Positions 50,587 through 62,840 of a stretch of DNA of 64,000 bases are shown here, in pieces. The stretch spans positions 2,591 to 66,590 of the forward strand of contig NIVC01003981.1 of NCBI GenBank assembly GCA_002269645.1, given 5' to 3'. The notes beneath the pieces are model-generated. The model was not told the origin of the DNA, searched no databases, and worked only from the letters and a program-made list of their open reading frames with translations. The stretch comes from Macrostomum lignano (lineage: Eukaryota). Made by a program: the position numbers and the translations under genes. The first letter of the stretch is position 1; each line of letters begins with the position of its first letter.

Positions 50587-51288
50587 ATGTTCGACCCGAG
50601 CATAAAAAAGAAGAAGAATAAGAAGAAGGAGCTGGCCGAGGAGACCCCAGCAGTGGATGAGGAGCTTGAAGCAGACTTTAACCTCGAAACAAAGAAGAAG
50701 AAGAAGCCGCCGAAGGAGCGACCCGCGGCGACGGCTGAGCAGCCTGAGGAGGACGGAGGCCAAGGCGCGGCGTCAGCTGTGGAGGGAGATGGAAGCGAGG
50801 ACAAGGATTACAGCTACAGCGAGCTGCTCAGCCGGGCCTTCCGCGCCATGATGGAGCGGAACCCGGATATGCTGTCGGAGAAGAAGAAGGTGGTGATGAA
50901 GCCTCCGTCTCTGATGCGAGTTGGAACCAAGAAGACCGCCTTTGCCAACTTCACGGAGATCAGCAAGCAGATTCGAAGGAAGCCGGACCACCTGTTGGCT
51001 TACCTTCTAACTGAGCTGGGCACCACCGGGTCGGTTGATGGGAACAACCAGCTCATTATTAAGGGCAGATTCCAGACTAAGAACATTGAATCGGTGCTGC
51101 GCTCGTACATCAAGGAGTACGTGATGTGCCACACGTGCCGGTCTCACGACACTGAGCTCGTTAAGGAGACTCGGCTGTTCTTCCTGCAGTGCAGCACCTG
51201 CGGCAGTCGGTGCTCAGTTGCCAGCATCAAGTCTGGATTTCAGGCCCAGGTGGGCAGGAGAGCTGCGCAGAGGGCCAAGGCCACGTGA
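50587..51288 (+). CDS. EIF2S2: Translation initiation factor eIF2 beta subunit, copy B, exon 2
   Basis: Same motifs as copy A; acceptor CTCCCCTGTTTGACTCGCGCAG; AATAAA at 51560. Confidence 0.97.
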   Translation: MFDPSIKKKKNKKKELAEETPAVDEELEADFNLETKKKKKPPKERPAATAEQPEEDGGQGAASAVEGDGSEDKDYSYSELLSRAFRAMMERNPDMLSEKKKVVMKPPSLMRVGTKKTAFANFTEISKQIRRKPDHLLAYLLTELGTTGSVDGNNQLIIKGRFQTKNIESVLRSYIKEYVMCHTCRSHDTELVKETRLFFLQCSTCGSRCSVASIKSGFQAQVGRRAAQRAKAT

Positions 51289-51639
51289 CACTGTGTTAGG
51301 GAGAATAGCTGGATAATGAGGGCATTGCTCTGTGTATGAAGGTGGTTGCTGACTGATTGATTGTCCATGTCTTGTGCTGCATGAACTTGACTGCTGGCGG
51401 GTGAACTTTATGTGGCAATGTTGGGCTCAAATATGTACACCAGTTGAATGCTTAAGTGTCTGAATGGCAAATATAAGCTGAGAAGTCATTGTCAGAAGTG
51501 AAGCTGTTAAGTGGATGGGTATAAGTTATCTATTCAGTGCATATTTGCTGTCAAACTGCAATAAACTTGCTGTTTAATTGGTTGTTGCTTTTATCTAAAT
51601 TGACCGGCTTCGGAGTCTTAAGACCTGGGTGCGATCCCC

Positions 51640-54465
51640 AACTGTGAGATTTGTGGCTTTGATCCTCAGCTGTGAGATTTGTGGCTTCGATCCTCAGCTG
51701 TGAGATTTGTGGCTTCGATCCTCAGCTGTGAGATTTGTGACTTCGATCCTCAGCTGTGAGATTTGTGGCTTCGATCCTCAGCTGTGAGATTTGTGGCTTT
51801 GATCCTCAGCTGTGAGATTTGTGGCTTCGATCCTCAGCTGTGAGATTTGTGGCTTCGATCCTCAGCTGTGAGATTTGTGGCTTCGATCCTCAGCTGTGAG
51901 ATTTGTGGCTTCGATCCTCAGCTGTGAGATTTGTGGCTTCGATCCTCAGCTGTGAGATTTGTGGCTTTTATGTTTAACTGTGAGATTTGTGGCTTCGATC
52001 CTCAGCTGTGAGATTTGTGGCTTTTATGTTTAACTGTGAGATTTGTGGCTTCGATCCTCAGCTGTGAGATTTGTGGCTTTTATGTTTAACTGTGAGATTT
52101 GTGGCTTCGATCCTCAGCTGTGAGATTTGTGGCTTTTATGTTTAACTGTGAGATTTGTGGCTTCGATCCTCAGCTGTGAGATTTGTGGCTTTTATGTTTA
52201 ACTGTGAGATTTGTGGCTTCGATCCTCAGCTGTGAGATTTGTGGCTTCGATCCTCAGCTGTGAGATTTGTGACTTTCATCTCCAGCTGTGAGATTTGTGG
52301 CTTTTATGTTTAACTGTGAGATTTGTGGCTTCGATCCTCAACTGTGAGATTTGTGGCTTCGATCCTCAGCTGTGAGATTTGTGACTTTCATCTCCAGCTG
52401 TGAGATTTGTGGCTTTTATGTTTAACTGTGAGATTTGTGGCTTCGATCCTCAGCTGTGAGATTTGTGGCTTTTATGTTTAACTGTGAGATTTGTGGCTTC
52501 GATCCTCAGCTGTGAGATTTGTGGCTTCGATCCTCAGCTGTGAGATTTGTGACTTTCATCTCCAGCTGTGAGATTTGTGGCTTTTATGTTTAACTGTGAG
52601 ATTTGTGGCTTCGATCCTCAGCTGTGAGATTTGTGGCTTCGATCCTCAGCTGTGAGATTTGTGACTTTCATCTCCAGCTGTGAGATTTGTGGCTTCGATC
52701 CTCAGCTGTGAGATTGTGGCTTCGATCCTCAGCTGTGAGATTTGTGGCTTCGATCCTCAGCTGTGAGATTGTGGCTTCGATCCTCAGCTGTGAGATTTGT
52801 GGCTTTTATGTTTAACTGTGAGATTTGTGGCTTCGATCCTCAGCTGTGAGATTTGTGGCTTTTATGTTTAACTGTGAGATTTGTGGCTTCGATCCTCAGC
52901 TGTGAGATTGTGGCTTCGATCCTCAGCTGTGAGATTTGTGACTTCGATCCTCAGCTGTGAGATTTGTGGCTTCGATCCTCAGCTGTGAGATTGTGGCTTC
53001 GATCCTCAGCTGTGAGATTTGTGGCTTCGATCCTCAGCTGTGAGATTTGTGGCTTTTATGTTTAACTGTGAGATTTGTGACTTCGATCCTCAGCTGTGAG
53101 ATTTGTGGCTTCGATCCTCAGCTGTGAGATTTGTGGCTTCGATCCTCAGCTGTGAGATTTGTGGCTTCGATCCTCAGCTGTGAGATTGTGGCTTCGATCC
53201 TCAGCTGTGAGATTTGTGGCTTCGATCCTCAGCTGTGAGATTTGTGGCTTTTATGTTTAACTGTGAGATTTGTGGCTTCGATCCTCAGCTGTGAGATTTG
53301 TGGCTTTTATGTTTAACTGTGAGATTTGTGGCTTCGATCCTCAGCTGTGAGATTGTGGCTTCGATCCTCAGCTGTGAGATTTGTGGCTTCGATCCTCAGC
53401 TGTGAGATTTGTGGCTTCGATCCTCAGCTGTGAGATTGTGGCTTCGATCCTCAGCTGTGAGATTTGTGGCTTCGATCCTCAGCTGTGAGATTTGTGGCTT
53501 CGATCCTCAGCTGTGAGATTTGTGGCTTTTATGTTTAACTGTGAGATTTGTGGCTTCGATCCTCAGCTGTGAGATTTGTGACTTCGATCCTCAGCTGTGA
53601 GATTTGTGGCTTCGATCCTCAGCTGTGAGATTGTGGCTTCGATCCTCAGCTGTGAGATTTGTGGCTTTTATGTTTAACTGTGAGATTTGTGACTTCGATC
53701 CTCAGCTGTGAGATTGTGGCTTCGATCCTCAGCTGTGAGATTTGTGGCTTCGATCCTCAGCTGTGAGATTGTGGCTTCGATCCTCAGCTGTGAGATTTGT
53801 GGCTTCGATCCTCAGCTGTGAGATTTGTGGCTTTTATGTTTAACTGTGAGATTTGTGGCTTCGATCCTCAGCTGTGAGATTTGTGGCTTTTATGTTTAAC
53901 TGTGAGATTTGTGGCTTCGATCCTCAGCTGTGAGATTGTGGCTTCGATCCTCAGCTGTGAGATTTGTGGCTTCGATCCTCAGCTGTGAGATTGTGGCTTC
54001 GATCCTCAGCTGTGAGATTTGTGGCTTCGATCCTCAGCTGTGAGATTTGTGGCTTCGATCCTCAGCTGTGAGATTTGTGGCTTTTATGTTTAACTGTGAG
54101 ATTTGTGGCTTCGATCCTCAGCTGTGAGATTTGTGACTTCGATCCTCAGCTGTGAGATTTGTGGCTTCGATCCTCAGCTGTGAGATTTGTGGCTTCGATC
54201 CTCAGCTGTGAGATTTGTGGCTTCGATCCTCAGCTGTGAGATTTGTGGCTTCGATCCTCAGCTGTGAGATTTGTGGCTTTTATGTTTAACTGTGAGATTT
54301 GTGGCTTCGATCCTCAGCTGTGAGATTTGTGGCTTTTATGTTTAGCTGTGAGATTTGTGGCTTTCATCTCCAGCTGTGAGATTTGTGGCTTTCATCTCCA
54401 GCTGTGAGATTTGTGGCTTCGATCCTCAGCTGTGAGATTTGTGGCTTTTATGTTCAACTGTGAGG
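51640..54465. repeat. 28-bp minisatellite (GATCCTCAGCTGTGAGATTTGTGGCTTC), ~100 copies with interspersed variant units
   Basis: Period of 28 (gatcc at 51661, 51689). Recurrent variants ...TTTTATGTTTAACTG... and ...TTTCATCTCCAGCTG... Confidence 0.97.
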
Positions 54466-55127
54466 TTTTTTGGATGTTGATGCGAGTCGGTTAGAAGCAG
54501 TTAGCAGTTTACAATATTTTCGGGCACTCTGGCAGTTATTGTACCTTTAAATCGGCTAGTGAGCCTTTGCTGCGGTGTTACTGTATCCAGTTTCGGTCTT
54601 AAATATTACTCCAATACTCCATCTCATCGATTTCGAAGCCTTGTCTTATTTGCTCTTTATTCAGTGCTGGTGAAAACGTTTTGAGTTCAATTTCGAATAG
54701 TTAACAAATATAAATTGTCCGGAATGTTGATATAATGTGCACGGGAAAATCAGATATTATATTATAACTTTTGTTTTTGTTAGTTAAAACAATTGCAGTG
54801 ACTTTTTTGTTTGTCAAATCTGATTGTTGCTGACACAGAATATTGAAATACATATATTTTTTATTCGGCTAGCTTAAGTGTAAAGTTTGGGGGTATCAGC
54901 ATCAACAAATCGTAAAACAAAGAGTAATAATATATTTATAGGCAATATTTTATTCCAATAGAGTAACATTTTAATTCAAGCAACATCACGGAGGGTTTGA
55001 ACCAACAGGCTATCTACTCACTGCTTGCTAATATTTGAGGTGGAAGTCATTGGTAGTTGAAATTATTTGGAACTCATTGTCAATAACTTCATTTTTCTCC
55101 AGACGAGTTCGATTTGCGGCTTTGGTC

Positions 55128-55420
55128 TGTAAGGGGTGAGATTTGTGGCTCGGATCTGTAAGGGGTGAGATTTGTGGTTTGGATCTGTAGGTGGTGGGAT
55201 TTGTGGCTCGGATCTGTAAGGGGTGAGATTTGTGGCTTGGATCTGTAAGGGGTGAGATTGTGGCTTGGATCTGTAAGGGGTGAGATTTTTGGTTTGGATC
55301 TGTAAGGGGTGAGATTTGTGGCTTCGATCTCTTAAAGGGTGAGATTTTTGGATTCGATCTGTCAGTTGGTGATATTTTTAGCCAGGATTTTTAGTATATG
55401 GATTTTTACAGGGGGTGAGA
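55128..55420. repeat. 29-bp minisatellite (GGGGTGAGATTTGTGGCTCGGATCTGTAA), ~9 copies
   Basis: Period of 29 (55141, 55170). Shares the GTGAGATTTGTGGCT..GATC core with the 28-bp array. Confidence 0.88.
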
Positions 55421-55556
55421 AATTTTTCTTGCATCTACGAAGGGCTATTGTTAGTCGACTCTTGATGTCCAGGACAGATTACCGACTGCATGGTCTTTAA
55501 GCTGTTCTCCTAGAAGCTCCAATTAGCTTAATCAGTCAATTGGGTACTACTTTAAG

Positions 55557-58500
55557 CTACACCGGCGGTCTCCATAGAAACGAAGGCAGCGGGTCGTTGC
55601 CAGAGTCCGGTATGAATGGCATCCCCATTAGCGGTCCGGGCGCATTGAACACGGCGGGCTGGTCTTGCTGCTGCCCAGGGGCTTCGCCTCCTTGATCGCC
55701 AGCGTTGGCAAATTCTGGCGGCGGAGTCGTTGGTCTCTGCGGATCCGGGTCCGCCGCCTCCCCCGGCTTCTTGTTGATCGACGGGCTGACCGATGCTGAA
55801 GTGGCTGCTCGGATCTTCGGGCTGCAGAATGAGGATTGGGCGATCATCTAATGTTCGTACTCAAAAAATTAGAAAACTGTGATGATCGCGACTGTGAAGC
55901 GACCGATAGCAGGTAATTGGCCTCATTCGACGGCGGTTGCAGCACCAATTGTCTTCGAGTTTGTTATTACACTGTACACCTGCCCCAATGAGTAGATGTG
56001 TATATACAGTCGCAGCTATTGCGCGGCGCGCATCCGCGTACGGCTGTTTAGTCCAAGGACGGGGGTTCGCCACATCGCCCTCGATTACCTCAGCTAAGCT
56101 GGTACCTATTTCACAGCTTGGGTGAACTGAAGCAATGCAGAGTTAAGTGTCTTGCTCAAAGACCAATTATTCTGAGAATCGAACCCCCGACCTTTTCATT
56201 GTGAGTCCGCGACGCTTTATAACTACTAGGCTACAAACCCTCTACTCGTGACGAGTAAACAATGTTCTACCGGTATATAGATTAAGATACGCGTTAAACC
56301 CGGCCGGTTGATCGATCGATCGATCCACTCAGATTTAGAAATAATATATTTAATAAATACATCATACATATGTAGATATCTCGCGCTTACCTAGGTTTAC
56401 GCAAACCTGCATAACAATTAAAGACCTTATTTTTGTATTATTAGAGGCAGGGGGGTTGTGTGCACCCTGGCGCACTTTAAGCGACATAGGCACACAACCG
56501 GCGAGAGGCATTACTGCCCATTCCGCCGACTCCCCTGAGCAGGCATACAAGCGCGCGGATACGTACGCAGGCACACACTCACACAGGAGTGTACAGCGGC
56601 CCTAACTTTATATTATCGTTAGGCATGTACACTTCACTGCGCCTTGGGGGTTGGCTCTCAAGGCCGTTAATTGCACGAGCAGAGCCAAGCCGAGATTCCA
56701 ATTCAGCCCCAAATTAATGTGACTGCACTTGGAATCGAGCCTGGGTCGCTGGCACACCAGAGCAGCTGCGCTACCGCTGGGCTACGGCCCCCCTAATTTA
56801 AGTCCTTGGCTGTGGATTGCCTTGTAGTCTATGGGCCATAGACTACAAAAGCCAAGCAAAGTGATAAAAAGCTACCTACACTGAGAATCGACCAGCTGGT
56901 ACTTTTCCAGCTCTCTCCAGCTGACTGTTTGGTCAGTGCATTGAGGGACGGCCATTTTAGTTCCAATGTACGCCAACGTATAAACCGATTGATTCTCAGT
57001 GTAGGTGGCTTCTTATCAATTCGCTTGGCTTTTTGCAATCTGTGGCCCATAAGTCATAGACTAAGGCAAGACACAGCCGAAGGCCCTTCTATATGCATGC
57101 AGGCAGCGCAGGCAAATTTGAAGCTGATCAAGTAACGAGTTCGAATCTCACTTTTGGACACGCCTCGTACAAGATGATCAGGACAGATTCTGCGTCTTTT
57201 AGTGGAAAGAAATTCTGTGGTTCGCATGTGCACTACATGTACATGTACCTGTAAATACATGTACATGAACCATGCACACATCATACACAAGACCAAAGGC
57301 TCCAATTTCTCTTACACAATAACCAGCGCAACGACCAGTCCCAAAACGGTCAGAAGCGCTGCCGAGCTGACTATCCCGCCACCGATGGCGGCCTCCAGGA
57401 CAACTTTGGTTAGCTGGCCACTTCCGGTGCCGCTGCTGCTTTCGGAGCCTGAGCTGCCGCTGCTTGATCCACCACCCCCACCGCCGCCGCCGCCGCCGCC
57501 GCCCAGGCAGTAGGTTGGCCACTGCACCGTGGCATTTCTTGCCGATGTAATCACGGTGGCATAATAGCCGCAGCAGCCAATTGGGTCGGACCCGTTCCCA
57601 GCTAAACTGGCGTTGCCTAGCCGTAGAATTGACTCGAATGAGGACAGGTTCAGGTACTGACCGGAGCCTGCAGTGCAAGGTTTTGGTTTTACTAAACATG
57701 AACAACAACTACAGGAAATGTCATTTCATTTCATCTTTTTGTGTACCTTTTAGACGATTTTTCCCAACTGAGTTTGTCTGTCTATATCGTAATTGTTCCC
57801 TATTTAAACTACGGAGAAAAGAAAAAATCTGTACAAAATCCGTTTGGAGACACGCGAACTCTAAGTTCATGGAGAACTCAAAGTACATAAAGAACTCAAA
57901 ATACACGGAGAACTCAAAGTACATACAGAACTCAAAGTACACGGAGAATTCAAAGTACACGGTGAACTCAAAGTACACGGAGAACTCAAAGTACATAGAG
58001 ATCTCAAAGTACACGGAGACCTCAAAGTACACGGAGAATTCAAAGTACACGGAGAACTCAAAGTACACGGAGAACTCAAAGTACATAGAGAACTCAAAGT
58101 ACACGGAGAACTCAAAGTACAAGGAGAACTCAAAGTACACGGAGAACTCAAAGTACATGGATAATGGAGAACTGAGAGTATTCCTCACCGGAAGCAGTCA
58201 CCCGCTTGCAGAACGCGTCAGTGGATCTCCGCCTTGCGTACAGCACCACCTTGGTCTCGCCTGTCACCTCCTGCAGCGGATAATAGCCGCTGTCGGCTGC
58301 CACCACGCCAAAGTCGCTGGCATTGATGAACAGCTGGCTGTTGCCTGCCGTGGCGCCGGTGTCCGGGCAGCACAGCGCCGCGATTGCCGCGGCCGTCAGA
58401 TTCGATCCCAGGTCGTCACCGGAGCAGAATTTGTTGAGAATATCCGCGATTGAGGCGAGCACGGGTAACTGGAGGGAGCTCTGCCACTGTGGACGGAGGA

Positions 58501-60320
58501 GAGGCTGGTGGTTGGATATCTGACATGCCTTTACCCTACCCTACGCATTGACTTGTCACCCCCTCCCGTTCCTTTGAGGCATTGACTTGTCACTCCCTCC
58601 CATTCCTTTGAGGCATTGACTTGTCACTCCCTCCCATTCCTTTGAGGCATTGACTTGTCACTCCCTCCCGTTCCTTTGAGGCATTGACTTGTCACTCTCT
58701 CCCATTCCTTTGAGGCTTTGACTTGTCACTCCCTCCCATTCCTCTCAGGCACTGACTTGTCACTCCCTCCCATTCCTTTGAGATATTGACTTGTCACTCC
58801 CTCCCATTCCTCTGAGGCACTGACTTGTCACTTGACTTGGCTTATCACTTGTCACTCCCTCTCTTCCCCTAGGGCCATTCATTGACTTGTCACTGATCCC
58901 TTCTCTATTAGTAACTGGTTAACTAGTTAATCAGCGTGTTCAATCAATGCTACTTTAAGTAGGCCCATAAGGCAGCTAAAATTTATATTTTTATCTCTCA
59001 CCAAATACGTGGGTGTCGGATAGTAACTGCAGGACCGCACTCCGCCAGCAAAGCGCAGCTGAATGCCATTGTCCAGCTGACTTGTATCGACTAGAATAGA
59101 TCCACGCGAAAGAGCTTGCTGTCTAAGAAATTCACCATTCGCTCTGGCTCTTAATAGACTACCTTTCAGTTTAATTAAAAAGCTGTGAGCAAAGAGTCAG
59201 TTTCTAAGAATCCACTCTAATGACTGTAACAAAGAGTCAGTTTCTAAGAATCCTTTCTAATGGCTGTAAAAAGTGGAGTCATTTTCTAAGAATCGACACT
59301 AATGACTGTACCAATTGGAGTCAATTTCTTAGAAAATGCAATAGAAACCAAAAAAAGTAGTTTACAAGCCTTTCATCTTTCCAATGTAGCGCAGCTGCCT
59401 CATTAAAAGTTTTGCTAAGCTAGCAGACGCAACAAAGACGCAAAACTCACACTGGCACTGCGGCCCTGAGTAGCCGCTTGCGCAGGTGCAAACGCAGGCC
59501 CCACCGCTGCTGGACGTGTCGCTGCCATGAACGCACGGCGTGCCCGCAGCGCTGCACACCGAAGCAGTGCAGGCTGTACCAAGTGGTAGGAAGTTTCAAT
59601 TACAGTGACGGTTTATAGTTGAACTTATATAGGGATTGAATATTGGCGGAGCAAGAGGAAGTACTTTGTACGAGTATAGCTTGTAGTAAAAGTTTCATGG
59701 GGGCTTGGTACAAAGACTGGCTGTCGAATGCCGTGGGCCTTAGTTCGATACTCTCTGTGTGTCAAGGGGTTCCACACACAGCAATGTACCATATTCAACC
59801 AATGCTTCATCGATCGTCTGTGGCCAAAACCGTGTACTGTAATTCAGACTTCAAACTCAGAACCATTGGCATTAGACCGAGAATTGTTTGATTTGCGACA
59901 TGCTCACAGCGAACAAGTGAAACCATAGCAACTGTGACTAAACTGTCAGACAACATGTGTACAAAATCAGATATCTTCACGCTCGGGGCCTGAAGCGCAG
60001 TGCGGGAGCAAACTGGACTTCACTCGCATGGCAACCGTGAGGACATCCATGGATGGAACACCAATCCTATCGATTGAATGGGTCCGGCTGACTCCCCAAC
60101 TTCATTTATACAACAGGAGCCTCATGACTTGTCTGAATCTGACCATTCGTTTTGACCATAGACAAAATTAGAAATACTGGTTGAATTTGATTGGTAGTGT
60201 CTTTAAAAGTAGGACTAACTAAAAAGTCACCAATATGGAGCACACTTACAGGCGTTGTTGGTGCACTGGCACATGACATTCTCCAAGTAGGTCACGTGCT
60301 GACAGTCGTTGCAATCGGGT
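55557..60320 (-). CDS. Single-pass membrane protein with an EGF-like domain; exons 60250-60320, 59451-59573, 59002-59090, 58189-58486, 57316-57667, 55557-55821 (5' exon(s) not identified)
   Basis: All five introns are GT-AG and phases chain consistently (1,1,0,1,2), giving ~398 aa. Features: EGF pattern C..C...C...CVCTCASGYSGPQC, six N-glycosylation sequons, Gly/Ser linker, TM helix AAIGGGIVSSAALLTVLGLVVALVIV followed by PKIR, and a Pro-rich tail. Confidence 0.82.
55965..56243 (-). mobile_element. Second copy of the tRNA-derived SINE
   Basis: Reverse-complement homology to 44955-45260 (A/B boxes, central domain, GTCCTTGGACT.AACAGCCGTACG 3' part). Confidence 0.85.
56430..56793 (-). mobile_element. 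Probable second tRNA-derived SINE family
   Basis: Minus strand GGGGGCCGTAGCCCAGCGGTAGCGC...GGCTCGATTCC (A- and B-box-like) followed by an unrelated body ending in an A-rich tail. Only one copy in the window, so the 3' boundary is approximate. Confidence 0.5.
57860..58175. repeat. 18-bp intronic minisatellite (GAGAACTCAAAGTACACG), ~17 copies
   Basis: Produces the spurious ENSKYT repeat ORF; abuts the donor site at 58188. Confidence 0.94.
58545..58835. repeat. 34-bp intronic minisatellite (GCATTGACTTGTCACTCCCTCCCATTCCTTTGAG), ~8 copies
   Basis: Direct inspection. Confidence 0.92.
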
Positions 60321-60804
60321 CTGCAGGCTGTCGATTAGCAGGGATAAAACCGTGTGATTAAAAGCTCATGCTAATGCCGTGTAATTAGTGAAGCATCGGA
60401 TGCGCGGGCTTATTATCTGAGCTGCACTATTTTATTAAAGGCTTCTTTGAAACAGCGCGGGCTCTGAGGTGACTGCAGCTGGGGTCACGTGTGGAATTGA
60501 TGAGGAGCTGGGGAATAATGATGGGGAACGGCGCCATGCATTTGCCCGCACCTGCCGGCTGAAACATGCCCTGGTGCCCCCCCCCGCCCCTATACAGTGT
60601 ATGTGCGATTCCCGCTTGCACGCCAGCTCAAAGCTTTCCAAATCATTTGCTAAAGAAACACATTAGTCAAGCATATTCACTTTCAACCGCTGTTTTGCTC
60701 TGTCTAAGTCTGTCGTGACCCCTGAGACTGATCCAAACTGCATCCACCCCGCTCTCCAGACTCGTGTGTGAGGTACATGTAACAAAGCAGAAAGGTTAGC
60801 CGCA

Positions 60805-61465
60805 TTCAAACACAAAATGGCAGTCCACATAAAAAAATGACAGTCCCATTCAAACACAAAATGGCAGTCCAATTCAAACCAAAATGACAGTCCAATTCAA
60901 ACCCAAAATGGCAATCCAATTCAAACCCAAAATGGCAATCTAATTCAAACACAAAATGGCAATCCAATTCAAACACAAAATGACAATCCAATTCAAACAC
61001 AAAATGGCAGTCCAATTCAAACACAAAATGACAGTCCAATTCAAACCCAAAATGGCAATCCAATTCAAACCCAAAATGGCAATCTAATTCAAACACAAAA
61101 TGGCAATCCAATTCAAACACAAAATGACAATCCAATTCAAACACAAAATGACAGTCCAATTCAAACACAAAATGGCAATCCAATTCAAACACAAAATGGC
61201 AATCCAATTCAAACACAAAATGGCAGTCCACTTCAAACACAAAATGACAGTCCAATTCAAAACCAAAATGGCAATCCAATTCAAACCCAAAATGGCAATC
61301 CAATTCAAACACAAAATGGCAGTCCACTTCAAACACAAAATGGCAGTCCAATTCAAACACAAAATGACAGTCCAATTCAAAACCAAAATGGCAATCCAAT
61401 TCAAACCCAAAATGGCAATCCAATTCAAACACAAAATGGCAGTCCACTTCAAACCCAAAATGGCA
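60805..61465. repeat. 24-bp minisatellite (AAACACAAAATGGCAATCCAATTC), ~27 copies
   Basis: Produces the ELDCHFVF / MAIQFKHK repeat ORFs. Confidence 0.95.
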
Positions 61466-62840
61466 GTTATTCATTCTCAAACATGTCAACAGATGCGCTT
61501 TGTCATGCATAAATTACAGTCTTGAAAAGATACAAAAATGACAACTTTATCCGGAGGAACTAGTAAGGTATACATAGAAATTTCCTGCAAAGAGAGATTG
61601 GCAAAAGTTTTGCTACTGAATCGAGGCCGGAAGCAAGGATGCCAAAACGGTGGCGCCAGTCTTTCCAAACCGGAAATTGAACTTCCTGTCCGAGGCAGCT
61701 GTAAAGTAAGCTGCAGTCACTTCCCTGCTGGCCGGATATTAATATAGCTACAGCTGTCCCCTTGGAACTGTCAATTCCACGGACACAATTTAAATTTCAG
61801 TTTAATGAAAAAATATTTATATTTTTATTCTTTCAATCTTTTTCTGCCAGCCAGACAGGGGCTATACGAAGTGGTGGTCAAGATTTGTTGCACTCTGACA
61901 GTTCATTTCCTAGCATCACACAATGTCCTATTCACAGCAATTGTGGCGCCCCATTCACAGCAATTGTGGCGCCCCGTTCACAGCAGTTGTGGCGCCACTG
62001 GCACTGGTGCCCATTGATACTGGCGCCACTGGTACTGGCCCCATCAACCGCGCCCCCCAAAAAACAGCGCGCGCTTCCCTGAACAAGCAATTTCTTTGTA
62101 AATAGAAATAATTTCACAAAGAAAGGTCATTGCAGACGATTTGAAAACAAGAAGAGAAGCTTAGTCTGCCCCTTCTCATGCAGCATTGGTGCCCAACTAA
62201 TAATTTATTTAGCCAGTCGGATTTTGATGGCGTACAACAACTGCGATCTTCGAGGGAGGGATCGTGCTGCTATGTACAGGGGGGATCTGCACTACTGGGA
62301 ATGCATCGGTTGGCAGGACGTGGGGACCCAAGCGAAGAAAGAGGGTGGAGGGCGGAGTTAAGGACAAAAATATATTAAAAAGAAAAGGAATCATAAAAAA
62401 ACTGACCGAAAATCCAATGCTACTAACAGTAGGCGCAACGTCCATTCTTCTGCTGCGAGTTTCGCTTTGAACTGATAATTGCTCGCATTGTCCCTCCCAG
62501 GTGACAGAGCGGAGTAGGAAAAAACGCGCAGAAGAGAGGTTTGCAACAAGAAAAGGAAAACAGGAAAGAGAGACAAAAAGAAAATCGGGTAGCAGCAAAG
62601 GATGGCATTTATAAAGCGGGCCGAGGCGAGATATTGTCTAAAAATTAAAGTACAAACAAAAGTACACTTGGAGTGTTTTGACGTGCATTCAGTACTAGCT
62701 GTACAGTTTAAACAAAGATTTACTATAATATTGATAGTTTAATATGCGAGTATGTAGGAATATTGGTATGTAAAGAGTGCTGCTCACTACGATGTCGACA
62801 ACCATAAGCTATAGCGCTTCACTGCTGGGAGTCCCGCCGT

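Noticed and set aside
57581-58453. 290-aa ORF with ENSKYT repeats
   Set aside because: Intronic 18-bp minisatellite plus the antisense of a real exon.
60806-61525. ELDCHFVF / MAIQFKHK repeat ORFs
   Set aside because: 24-bp minisatellite.
62391-62576. Candidate signal-peptide exon for the EGF-TM gene (phase-2 donor TTTCG|GTCAGT would fit)
   Set aside because: No ATG in frame (TTG start only) and the hydrophobicity comes from a T-rich tract; not supportable without transcripts.
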